Below, one piece after another: positions 1 through 12,800 of a stretch of 64,000 bases of DNA. Position 1 is the first letter of the stretch, and every line of letters starts with the position of its first letter. The notes below the pieces were generated by a model that saw nothing but the letters and a program-made list of their open reading frames with translations, had not been told where the DNA came from and made no database searches. Source of the stretch: Fimbriosthenelais zetlandica (Eukaryota); assembly GCA_977030845.1 (NCBI GenBank), contig OZ365111.1:43028001-43092000 (forward strand). The letters run 5' to 3'. The position numbers were made by a program, and so were the translations under genes.

Positions 1-850
1 CTTTGTAGCCTACTCTGTAAAATTTTCTCATACGTTTTGTCTACATTGTTTCGATTTAATAATTATGAATTTGATTTGTGAGGGATTTTGATTGACAACC
101 TTCACGAGAACAGTGCTGTTCACTTGGTAGTCATAATTTATAAATCATCTCTACATCAGTCATATCCATGTTAGTCTTTCATTAATGGATTCCTACCTGC
201 CAAAGCCATTTACAGGTAATAATTACCCTTTGTACCCCCGCCTCACATCGCCGGAGGGCCAGTCACATGGTGCTTTGCCAATAAACTTGTAAGTCTATCT
301 CCCCATGTTTAGAAGGATACACGTCCTCCTGTCAAAACTCGATCTGCATGCACACCTATAGGCAGGTGGGGAGGGGGACAGGGGGTGGGATGGAGGAAGG
401 TTAGCCTATAAGCCTACAATGAGGAAATTATATGCCATATTTTATTGCAAACGAGTTTTTTTCATTTAGCCACATCCAGAGAACCGGGCCTCCGTTTTCC
501 GGCAATGATTCTATAGTTTTCTGTTAACCTTTTTTTTGTCATAATTCCATTTGCAGTCAGAAATTGTATGGACAAGATTTTCATAGAGGTTATATCAGTT
601 TTCAATCTTGTCTAAATTATTGCATTAGAACAGAAGGACTAATTTGGGGAATCAAATGAAAGCTGATATAAAAACGTTCAGTCCCTTCACACAAATTTGG
701 GAGTGCCCCCTTATATTAGATCCCTGGACCTCCCCCAACACGATAAAAGAACTAAGGCACTGTGCCTTTCTTCAGAACACTCCTGCCCACTATTTTTCTG
801 GGGTGCTAAAAACCCCGAGTCTCATATTGCCGAGGCTACACGCGTTTTGA

Positions 851-1047
851 TGACGTCACAAAGAGTGGGCACTAGAGTCACTAGTGAGCGCATACATGTT
901 GACGTCATGCATGCCCACTGGCCAACCTTTCCAGAGGGGCCAGCGGGTTAGAACTTTGATGGACAAAGCTATACCCTGTGGCAGTAAAATAAAAGAAACC
1001 CGATTGATAAAAACAAAAACACTGAGCCCAAATTTTACACCGGAAGT
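851..1047. promoter_or_regulatory. Promoter-like motif cluster (two CRE, one ETS)
   Basis: TGACGTCA at 851-858 and 900-907; CCGGAAGT at 1040-1047. A palindromic GTCACGTGAC (CLEAR/USF-type) is also at 1610-1619. Target gene not identified. Confidence 0.4.
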
Positions 1048-3668
1048 TGTTCCCTTGTCCCAAATGACCTTGTGACTGTCTCAGAGTGAGACACTGGATA
1101 TAGGCCTAAATGTTTTCTAGAAAGGTGACCAAAACTAATTCTAAAAGGAAATATGGCAACATTGTCTTATGTGTGACAGTGTGATATCAGCAAGTTGAAC
1201 TTCGACCTTTTTAATGGCATCATCAAGATAAGAACTGCACGTAGGTTTATCATTTCCCTCTCCAAAGTGAACATGAAAAGTTCAACTTTGATCAGATTAA
1301 GGCTTGATTTTACTATCGTGTATTTATGTTCTCTACAGGTCTGCTCTGAGCCATGGTATTAAATACAGTCATGTTTTATCGGGTTTTATCCCCCCCTGGG
1401 CATTATTTAATATCTTGGCAGAAGAACACCGCGAACACCTGTCCTTTCTTTACAAAAAAGGTGTACGGTGGGTCATTATGTGATAAGCCTGTGTGTGTTT
1501 GGAGGGAGGGGGATATAGCGTTACATATTGTAAGATGTATTTCCCCCCGAGGCTTCCTCACAAATTTTAGACGGGCGAATAAACCACTGACACAGCCCGA
1601 GGCGTTTGTGTCACGTGACATCTTCTTTAGCCATCAAGTGCCTTTTTTACCATGAGCCATTTTCTCACTTCTAGTAGGTCTATAATGGAGGTTCTTCATC
1701 AATTTCAAGGACGGGGTCAAAAGTCTAAGCAAGTAATCAAATGATGAATGATAAATAGGCCTATAGTATGTGTGCAGGGATATATCTAGGCAATATATTT
1801 GCATGGGCCTTGGATATGGATTTTGATCAGTATTATATATACTTAAAAGTAATTAGTATAGGCTTATGGTGTTTTAAAATGTTTGTATGATCTGAAATCA
1901 TGCAACATTTTTGTTTGGATAAACGTAACAGTCAGACGACAAATTTTCCTCGATATTTTGTTCACCTAAGAATTAGGGGGTTAAAACTACAGGTCTGCTG
2001 TCAGTTTTTCGGAAAGTAAGCCAATACGCTCGTATGGGAAATTGAGCAATAGGCTAAAATACTGTCAGAAATGTGAAAAGCTTCTGGTTTTAGGCTGTAG
2101 TCCAGTACGATTGTCATTAGTATAATGGCTGAGATGTAATGCTATAGCCTGATTACTTTCCACTGCTGGTTTGTATTGTTCAACTCCACCGGGATAAGCT
2201 ACTTAATGTGGGGTTAAGTATAAGATACGGGGACTGTGTAAACCTATATACCACCCACCTAAAGATGTGATACCTTCTAAGATGTATATCAAATCACTAA
2301 GAATTAACTAACACAAATATATCACTGTTGAATACATTTGGACTTTGCATGAGCAAGAATTTCAATTCCAATACATTTGCACATTGGGTGGATTTTTTCT
2401 AAAAGGGATTCTAATGGGATTGAAATTAGTTGATGTTTTATTATTGAAGTCTTTAATCACAAGTCATAAAACTACTTTAGTTTCAATTTGACCCAAGATC
2501 ACAAAAAAGTATATCCCCACCCCGGACCTAGGGCCTACAACTTAACGATTCTTTCCAAAGCAGATCCTTTAATTTATTATAAGGGTTCAGGTATAATCAA
2601 TGAACTTTGTCCTGTAATGTCATTCTAAAATATATCAAGAGTAATTCAAGAGTAGAGTAATTTTATCAAATATGATCCAGGATTTTTTGTATTATTGTAG
2701 CGGACAATCGTCTAGGATCTAAGCCCCTTAAGAATAAGATGACTTAAGGTTCAAAGAAGGGGTCACTTAGGTTCGTATCAAATCACGTATGATCAAAGAT
2801 AGATGGTCGGCATCTCCATATACCATCTTTATACTAATGGGTATATCTACAAAAACTTTGAAAGAAAATCTCTACAATACCTTCCACCGTACTATACCTT
2901 AATCTTAATGGCTGAGTAGAAAACCTATACTGAAATTCTAGTTCAACGTCTTTGGCTCCCTATAAAAGTACTTAGATCGTATCTTATATTGGAGGCCTAT
3001 AGGCCGACCAAAGACTGCTATAGCAGAAGAACTTCTGAGGACGAACCAGTTTCAATGAAAGTTCTTTTGGGAAAGTTTCAATGCAATGAGGTCAGTTTTT
3101 AAAACGTGAGTAAATTAATTTTGAAAATGGCTTTGAGTGTGTGCGTACTCTATCTTTTGGAATGGACAATCTATTAAAGGCAGCCTATAAGCAGTGCCAA
3201 TGTTTAACAGGTCTTTATGAAAGGGCCTCAGATCAAACTAACAAAGCATCCTCGATCGAAAAGAAAATTATAATTAGTAAAACGATCGATCACAACATTG
3301 ATTAGAAGAGAATCCACTCTAAGGCTAATCAGAAGCAAATTTTCGCCCAATTAACTGAATGAAATGTGGAACAATCTGTTCATTTTGATCAAGCCAGAGA
3401 GAATGGTGCCACCCATTTTATTAAAAGCAGATGAAACACCAGACATCCCCTTCCCTGTTTACGACTCTAATTAGCATCATCTCCAGATTGTTGTTTCCGA
3501 AAGTAATGCCTCAAATATCAGGTCTTTATGGACATGCCTTGTTATTTGGCCGGTTCAGCCCTCTCCGCCCGACCATTCATCCCAACCACCGTGTAATATT
3601 ATTGTATCCCTCCAACACCTGAACCACTGCAAACAACATCTATTACGCATTTTTAATTCCACTGACAC

Positions 3669-3825
3669 GTGTGGAGGTTGGACACTGCTTGGTCAACATG
3701 CGGAGGGCCGAGGTAATGATTTGTAAAGGGGCACACGGTCTCGGCAGGTGACCGAGACCATGTAGACCCACCCTCGGTCTACTCCATGCCAACAGGGGGC
3801 GTACAATCCCGACACACCTCCACAC
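3669..3825. ncRNA. Candidate structured RNA of unknown family
   Basis: A 10-bp closing stem (3669-3678 with 3816-3825) encloses two perfect hairpins (3737-3759, 3762-3782). No match to recalled snRNA, SRP, RNase P/MRP or 7SK motifs. Confidence 0.25.
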
Positions 3826-3955
3826 CGGAAGTACTCCCACCGCCATTGTTCCTGGCATAGGTCACGTGCGGATGACAATGATGATATCACTGCGCATGCG
3901 TCGTGCTCCATTAACATCGTTATTGCCAATAGGTGATGCGGAGATGCGCATTGGC
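3825..3955. promoter_or_regulatory. Housekeeping-type promoter cluster (ETS, E-box, NRF1, CCAAT)
   Basis: CCGGAAGT 3825-3832, GGTCACGTG 3860-3868, TGCGCATGCG 3891-3900, CCAAT 3926-3930, ATTGG 3950-3954, within a CpG-rich island. Confidence 0.5.
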
Positions 3956-6900
3956 CATATTAATATAGGCAATCTGTTCTCAGGTGTAAAAGACAAGAAA
4001 GGGTGTGGTACATTCCAACTACACACAGCCCCAAACAATGGAAGTGGGGGGAAATTGATTCACACGGAAATTAAGAATCAATCCCATACAAATCATATAA
4101 GGCCAATTAAAGTCCATTAACAGATTCTACCATCCAGTAGGCTACTTGTTCAACATTCTTTGAAGTTAAAGTTAAAGTGCAACTACGGGCTACACTAATT
4201 TTTACGATCCAAATCCTTTTAATCAGATGGCATCTGGGAAGAAAATGCTCCAATATCACTATTTAATTGATAACAATTCAAAAGGCCTATTTCCAATATG
4301 ACATTAAGTTTTTTTTTGCTTTGGAAGATTTTTCCAATAAAAAGTGTAATAGTAAGCAAGGAGATTGATATGCGACTTGGGGGGAAATACACATAGACTG
4401 TAGCTTCAAATAGTTTTACAAATTAATCCATATTTTCAATAGATACAAAAAGAGGAAACTATATGAATAGGTATATGGTTACACTTCGAAATATTAGGAA
4501 CATTCCTTCATTATAGAATTCCCAATCATCTCTTAATAAATAGAAATCCAGAAACTCAATCTTATGAATAACAAGTAAAAAAGAGCAGAATATCCAATAG
4601 TCATGGCCGGAACAAGTTTCAAGATATGACTTAGTGCCCCCTTTTTCTGCAATCTTTCCTCGAAACTTCGTGAGAAATTGAATGGTTTTGTTTGTGATGG
4701 TTAGGCGCAAAGTAATTGGAAATGCTTTTATCATTGTAATTATTATCCCAATAGTTTAGAGGAAGAGCAGGATGGCCACACCGCTGAACAATTTAATTAT
4801 AAACTCGACACAAAACTGATAGAGATTGGGCAAGTATTTCCAAGGAAAGAGATACGCAAAAGTCATTTCAATTTGAAGGAAAATGCAGGCAATAAACTTA
4901 AGGTGGGAACAATATCCATTTCAGGTATGGAAGGACTGTCGGATATTACTTGCATAAAGATTATTTCCAAAGTGTTTTTCTGGCACACCTTTGTTTACGA
5001 TTTCACATTTCTAGAATAATTAGGATAACGTAGCTGCAGATATTGATATTAAATTGGACAAGTTTTAGACATAAAAATGGCAAACTTTACAAATGATGGA
5101 TGACACAAATTTACACTATCTGCCAACAAGATATTAAAGTTTCCATAAGTTCATATAATGCATTTCTTGCAAATTTTATATTAAAATAATGTGTAATATT
5201 TAAATCGCAAATCAAATGAAAGTCAAAAGAATAAAGACTGGAATGGGACATTAATCATTATATTAGAGCATTATGGAAAAACAAATGTAAGACCAGAACT
5301 TTTGGCTCTTGGTAGGCTAAAAGTACAACCCATTGGAATTAAATTCCCTTGACCAAATCAACAGAGGAACCCAATATTTCACGAAGTCATGAGTGTGAAA
5401 GTTCAGAACCTAATCCACCATAAAATGTACAAAAGACGCCGACGGTGTCGCATCTCATATTCTCCCCACTGAAGTTATCAGCCGAGCCTAACACCATTAC
5501 CTTCACAATCGTGAACCCGCTCTGCTATTTTCCTTGGCTTTCCCCACTCTGTAAATGTTTTCCTAGCACTTTGATGGGTCTATTCAAGGCGTACGTTTGA
5601 TATGGGAGCTGGTGATTTTTTGTTTAATTGAAGTCGCCGCGGGTTGGGTTGGTCACACTAGCTAAGCGCTGTTAATGGCCGTATCATTGGTACATAAGAT
5701 AGGGATATATTATCCCCTGTAATCAGACGATCATTACATTTAACCATCACATCAAAAGTTCAACTTTACCAAGCAAGTATCAAGGACTACTAAAGGTATG
5801 TACTCCCGACATTTCCACACACAATAGACCAACACCCCCGCTTCACATCTTTATCATAGGGTTGTTTAATGTTTAAGGCCTGCCATTTTTTCTTATGTCA
5901 CGATTCAGTGAAATCATTTACATGTAATTAAATCTTTAAAAAATACACTAGTCTTTGATGGGAAGGGTGGGACAAATTGCCTATATACAAAGCAGCTAAA
6001 TTGCAACTTTGGTCTAATGAGACATATATATATAATGGATATTCATTGAAATCCATTGTAGGCCTATTACCCTCGGAATTCATTATATTTCCTTTCATAT
6101 TTCATGTGTTACCATTTGTGGCTTTTTTAGTGTTGTGAATTGGGCTGGCTTCCAATCTATAGGGTAGATCTATCTATAGACCCACTGACAATTTTGCTTA
6201 CATTGCTAATGCATTGTCCAAATATTTGAGCTGTTCCAATTAAACATCAAATGCCATCATTTCACAACCCCATAATATTGATAGGGCAGAAACATCCATG
6301 AAAATCCAATTGACTTTAAGGACCTTGCGTCCCGGCCTGCGCATCAAGTATGACCGACCCTGAACAGGAGCCCAGTCTGCCTCTCAATTAAAGTAGGGAA
6401 TATAATCCCTCTTTGTATAGATGTTTGTTCATTGAGGTGGACGGGACAAGTCCAGAAGGCCTCGACATAGCTCTATTAAGACCCCACAAGCTCTTTGTTT
6501 GCTTTAGATTTGGCCGAGATTACATTCTTTCTTGTCCCGATAGAAAGTTATGCGATCTCACTTGTGATATATGTGAAAAGAAAAAACGGATTCTGTTTGT
6601 ACAAGAATAATGTCTTGAAGATTTCACTTTTGTTCCTTAATGATCCAACTTTGGTGGGAACAGAGGATCTGGTGGATCAAATATTTAAACTTTGTTTAAC
6701 GATGTAGCGGCATGCAAAGCTGTGATTACGGGCATTTCGAATCATTCAGCTCTGCTGCCCTCTAGATTTTCTATCTCGCCGATTCCCTAAGGGCCTAATT
6801 CAGTCAACTTTTACCTAACAGAGAACATCGAATGGGATAAGATATTTGCTTTGTTGCTAGCCTCAAAGGGTATTGAAAACTTTGAAACGTGATCTGAGAC

Positions 6901-8496
6901 CAACTGTGTTAACCGTGAGAAATCTAGCTAAATCTAGCCGTACGAGTTTTCAAAGTTGAGTGATGAATAAAAATAAAAATAAAAACGAATTTCATATTTA
7001 CAAGGGAATGTAATATGAATCAACAAGTTTTTTCAGGGAAAAATTGCGCGAGAACAACACTATAATTTCACATAGAAATATTTGTGTCGCATTAAGTATG
7101 GACCCTTACTTGTTCACAGAAAAATCATGTAGGTCTACTACATGAATGCCCTATATGCAAAGGTTATATATAGATTTATAAATTATGCGCAGTTTCTGAC
7201 TAAAACTGCATAAACTTCTAACAGATTGCACTCAATTGATTTATCCAATCTAACCTAGGTTTTATGGAACTCCATATATCTCAATGCATTATGAAATGAC
7301 CGGGCTTTTGTCATTCGATAGATTAATTTGTAAGAATCTATACTGTACATATATATGCAGCGTTATCCAATGAAGATATCCAAGCATATATATACTTATG
7401 AATGAATAATTAAACTATAACGGATTTTCTTGTCGTATGCAGGCCTAATTCTAACAGTATTTCTGTCGGGACGAAGAAGTAAGTGGGGAAAGATATGGGT
7501 GATTGAGATCAAATTTCTATTTTTATTTCACCCTTTCAGCGAGTAATCAACTTGCCTCTGCTTTGAGATCCCGACTGTCGGGGAAAGATTATTCATTCAA
7601 TGTATGTTTCAATCAATTTCTCGAGTTACTTGACTATCAAGTGGTTCAAGTACAGCGAGTGCATGAACCCTCTCGTAAATTGCGCACAATTTACTCCTCT
7701 TTTCACAAGAGAGAAAATTGAGAACTTGCGTCTACTAAGATGAGACTGTGGCATTTCTGTAACCACTATTTTCTCGAAAGATCGCTTTTAATCTCCCATT
7801 TTAATAAGGTATGATTAGAAAAGCAATTTAATTCATGACAATAGATTAAAAAACACATCAAAACAAAACTTATTCTTTGACAATCTCCAGTAAACTAAAA
7901 CAGACAGTTTGCATAATAAGTTGAACTGTTCTGTAATAAATGCTTAAAATGATCGGATCTTCACAAAGCCGATATTTTAAAAATCTCTATATTAGAACTA
8001 TACAAAAGTGATCGTGCCATGCGCGACTTATTTCTCATTTTCTGTTTGTATTTTATCTCTCAAACTAACGACATAAATGCCTCTTATCATTGACCTCTCT
8101 CTGACGGGACTTGACCTCGGGACGGATTAGTTATTGTGGATAATTTAACTACGGACCTCTACTAAAAAAAACCAGCATCATTTAATATCTCAACAGAGAT
8201 TCAGGCTGATCGAAAGTTACGAAAACTTAGTTTAAATGACTTTAGTGCACAAGGTTTGGCGGCGGATTAATCCGCCAGGATATTAGTCTATGGAGAAGGA
8301 TCCCTCCGAGATTAAATCTAGATCCATGGACAGCTGGAATTATAGTCTATGATCTTAGGGTCCATACATTCTTTAATGTTTTAAAATGTAGCAGAAAATT
8401 CATTATCGGCAGATGTTTGTAAAGGAAAGTAATAAAGTATAAAACAACAAAATAAATATAGCCTACCGATATATATGTACTACTATGATGTACCTA

Positions 8497-8691
8497 GTCC
8501 TGGGAATCAAATGGCTAAGCCTCCTGATTAGAAAACTCAGTCCCTACATCGGTGGCAAAGAAGCCTACGACTCTGTTCTGCCCCCTGTATTTGGGCGGAG
8601 GAACTAAGCTTCGATGTAACAGGGACTGTTCCGCGAGGTTCGATCCGCGATCAGTCCATGGCATTTTCACCGCTAACACCATCAGGGTGTT
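8497..8691 (+). other. tRNA-related structured element (degenerate SINE head or small Pol III RNA)
   Basis: A-box-like TGGCTAAGC (about 8512), B-box GGTTCGATCC 8637-8646, nested stems and TTTT at 8664-8667. It does not fold as a functional tRNA. Confidence 0.3.
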
Positions 8692-9100
8692 GAGGTTGTT
8701 CTAGCTTCTATATAATTATGTTCTAGAGCATTAAATAATATTTTTTTCTGTTACCCCAAAGTCAACACTGAAGTGCACTTAGAAACCCCGAACGGAAAGT
8801 CAAAGTTTTGATATGCTTGCAGGGGCCTATATCAATTCGTGTTTGGATATGGGTGGGTCGGAAAACACTAACTACTGTACCGCCCTCTGGGTGCTCAGCG
8901 CAGAAACCCTATACTCTGGGAACCTTTTAATAAATGGGCATTACTTCTACAGGGTACAGATTTTTTCCCAATGAAACTGGCAAGGAATGTTAGCGTTCAT
9001 ATCACTTTCATCTTGACCCATCATGTAAGCCTATAATAGTAATATTTCACCATCCAGATTCCCATGTAACTCACAAGTATAAATGTCCATGTATAAAAAG

Positions 9101-9106
9101 TTTATT
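9101..9106 (-). terminator. Probable poly(A) signal (AATAAA) of Claspin
   Basis: Plus-strand TTTATT at 9101-9106, about 720 nt after the TGA. Confidence 0.45.
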
Positions 9107-9823
9107 TACAGTATAGAAACATATAAAACAAAAGATTATATTACACCTAGTCAATACTGAATAGCTAGGTCAGACGTGTGTGCTGCCACAGTAGCTAGAC
9201 TCCAAACTCAACGCAAATATCCTAAAATAAGTTAGCAAAAATATTCTAGCTAATTTAAATCAAAATACAAGTAAAACAACCGAATCATATTAACACACCC
9301 AAACTAGTTTCAATAGAGGGATTCCTGCTGCCTGCAGGTCTTTTTAGGGGGAGGCCCCCGCCCCACCACTTTACACCCCCACCCCCACCACACACACAAA
9401 GGGACGGGGTCCATGAAAATCCCAATCTCAACAGTAAAAAATGAATCTCCAGAACACCTTAGAAATAATACCGTACGTTATCCTATCTTGAAACAAAGCC
9501 CAATATTCCTCAGGAGTGCAACATAGATCATAGCAGCTATAAATCTTCAAAAATTAATATTAATTCTTACAGTAGAGCATGCCTTAAATACGATTCAACC
9601 CTTAAAATATAATCTTCCATCGAGTGAATCACTAGAAACCTTACCTGAAATATATATAATTAGAAATAACAAAACAGTAAAAGCTAAATAAATGAGAAAT
9701 ATATATAATTAAAAAAATAATTGAACTTATTTCCTAAGACGGCTATCTCTCTTCTCATCCCATCCAGGCTTTGTACAGAGAACTTAAAGTTAATAAATAG
9801 CTAAATTATATTAATATACATTA

Positions 9824-12800
9824 TCATAAGTGTTTAAATATGCTGTTAGTCTTTTGAGGAACTGTTGCTGACTTCTCCAGGCGAGGTTTTTTACTGGCAG
9901 GTTGGTTGGACGCGGGGGTTGACATAGCTCGGCGGAGTCCCTACAAACAATCATTAAACTCAATCTTAATAACTAAAGTTGATTTATTCAGGGATGCAAC
10001 TGAGTTAAGTTCAAATACCATAAAATTTTAAAAATCAAAAGTCATTATGGGGGCATGCAAAAGTAGGAAATTGCACATATTTTGGGCTTCGTTCTTCTTC
10101 CACTAAAAAACAAAATGTATTAAAAGAAAATTTGGGGAATTTGAATTGGCATAAAATCATGCAACTACCGAAAGTTTGCATCCCTGTTTTGGTGTTTAGT
10201 ATTATGTAACAAACAACATATTCTAGAAGGAGACTTACCGGTTTCTTGTTGGCGTTTTCTGTTTCTGATTTCTTCTCTTCTTCTGAGAGCGCAGCAAAGA
10301 CGAACCCTCGTGAGCTCCGTGCACCGCCCACATTGTTGGAGACAGGTTTTGTAAATTCTGCTATCTTCAACAAACTGTCTCTACCCCGATTCAAAAACGA
10401 CCCATGTGACGCCTTCTACAAGATAAAAATTCACTTTTAATTAATTTATTTTATTTGAATGTAAAATATTTGGACTTCCAGACAAGTGCATTACTATATG
10501 TGTGTTCAAATCAGAAGTAATAAGCATAGATAATTTAGGTGATTTTAAATTAGGAGATTTATAAATATTTAGAGTACTTACAGGTACTTTAAACAAGGAG
10601 GGGCCAGTCTTTGTATTGTCTGTATTAGCGGTCCCAAGCACTTTCCTGGCAGCTGCATCTGAAAATCGAATTTAATAGAATTTATGTCGATTTTCAGAAA
10701 TAGATGACATTTGTTCCGATTATTTTTCTTTTCCAAAAGTTCGCACTATCAGAAATTAATTTTAAATCCAACACCATTTCTGAACTATGAGTACATTTAT
10801 TTTATTACTTGTATATTCTGCATAGGACAAAGAATAAATGTATTAATTAATTGTAATTACCTTTTTTGGATTTGTAGATTACTTTGCCTAACTTGATTGT
10901 CGGAGCTTCTGGTTCCTCCCCGGCCGCCTCCTCGGCTTCTTTCTGTAACAGAAGAAATTATTGAAAAGCGGGAACAGAAGTAAATATAAAATGTAATATT
11001 ATTATCTACACTGTTTGCGCAACAGCCAACGCTTTTTGATTGACCACAATGGCTTTTTCACATGACAGCGAGACACATGGCTGGCCAGTTGCATGCCACC
11101 CACCAGTGGCAAAAATGACTGCTTAGGGCATCGATTATACCTGTTAGCACCTACATGTATATATTTATTATTAAGTTTACCTGCTCTGAGAGGAACTTTT
11201 CCCGCTCGTGTCGCTCTAGTCGCCATTTCTGCGCTTCCAGGTTATCCTCCTCCGCCTCATCGTCAGAAGCCTGGAACATGTCCTGCTGAGAATCGTCATC
11301 TGTAAGCGAAATTGAAATGAGTTTGGAACACTACTGTTACTCAGGCCCATGGTGCAAAACTACCTCTAATATCTCATCACAGATTGGAGCAGAGATTGAA
11401 TGGTGGTGAGAATAAAACAAAAAGGGTTCCCACTATGTTCAGGATAAAGATTTCCTGACAAGTGGAACCCTGTATTGAAGGGCTTGTGATTAAAAATAAT
11501 AATAGACTGACAAGTATAGAATTATATAATCTGAATATAAATATTGTAGCTTATGGCCCGTATCGATATACAAGAAAATAATGCTAATCATATTTACCAA
11601 AGTATTAAGATTTTTGCAATGTGTTCTGATAATTATCTCAACTGGGTTGGGATTTTGACTGCCCTTTACTCTGGGAGGGCTAGGAGAGCGGTTTGCCCAT
11701 AGAGTGCTGGGGTGGCAGTGGGGGTCCATAGTTAATAACGTGAGGTAGTTACCTATATTTTTCCATCTGAAGCGTCTCATACGGCCGCCGCCCTCGGAGT
11801 AGAGATCTCCATCAGGCAGGTACATTTCCTGCATGAGGCGGATATCACGCTTATCTTCATCTATCATGTTCTTACTGTAAACAGATCAATCAATCAGTTA
11901 ATCAATCAATAAATCACTGATCAGTCATTCAATCAATGAGTTAATCAATCGACGAGTTAATCAATCAATGAGTCAATCAATCTCCGAGTCAGACAATCAA
12001 TGAGTCAATAATTCAGAGGAACAATCAATTTCTTCATCAATTAGTCAATCTGAATCATTCATTCAATAAGCTCAATAAAAAAAACCATAGGGTAATCAAG
12101 TAAATCTTGAATCATCAAAGCTAGTCCTGTTTTTTTTCTGTTTTATTTTTTTAATCAAAACCAGATTTCTCAGGCATTTGTCGGATTCTCAGAAAGTTTC
12201 TTCTCTGCAACAGATATATTGAAGAGTCGCTCTCTAGATCGGATCTCTACATGTATAAGAAATCCACGTATTCAATGTTGGACTTGTTTAGTGGCATTAT
12301 TTAGTGTACTTACAGATGGACGCGGCCGACTTGTTCCTGTAGCTGGTCGTTATCAAACTCCTCCTCATCTCCTGAGCATCTCTCCATCACATCATCCTTC
12401 TCATCAATGTCATAGTTCTCATCACTGTCATACTCACTCCCTGTACAAAAAAATATATTAAATTTAAAAAAAATACTATTTCATCCCATAATTACCAAGA
12501 CACTATAATAGTTCACTTGGACTCCATGCTTGGCCTTGCTTTATAGCTTCATATTATTACATCATCAAAGTTCTGGATAGTCCATCATTGGGCCTGTTTA
12601 CAATAATGTACCAAGTGACTATACTAAGTAAAAATATTATAATTCTAAACTTTAGAAATATTGATTTATTATTCATTTCTTGTACCCACCAGAAAGTTCA
12701 GCCTCGGCGTCAACAAAGTTTTTCATGCTCATCCTGCAAAGAAGAAAATGTTTTTGAAACTTCAATTAGAAATCTTTAAAGGCAATCCTCATTGGTATGA

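Noticed and set aside
3545-3830. Telomerase RNA, RNase P/MRP, SRP, 7SK, U11/U12, HDV or hammerhead ribozyme
   Set aside because: No telomeric template or diagnostic conserved boxes as recalled; kept only as an unknown structured candidate.
4650-5020. About 100 open codons on the plus strand (YPNSLEEEQDGH...)
   Set aside because: No recognisable domain and no convincing start or splice boundaries.
8497-8660. Intron-containing tRNA-Leu(TAG) or tRNA-Ser gene
   Set aside because: An anticodon-like stem and B-box can be drawn, but the acceptor and D stems do not pair and the T-stem is broken.
9639-9647. tttcag|GTAAGG on the minus strand (recursive splice site or alternative last exon of Claspin)
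   Set aside because: It lies 180 nt past a well-conserved stop exon and not in a long intron; unsupported without RNA data.
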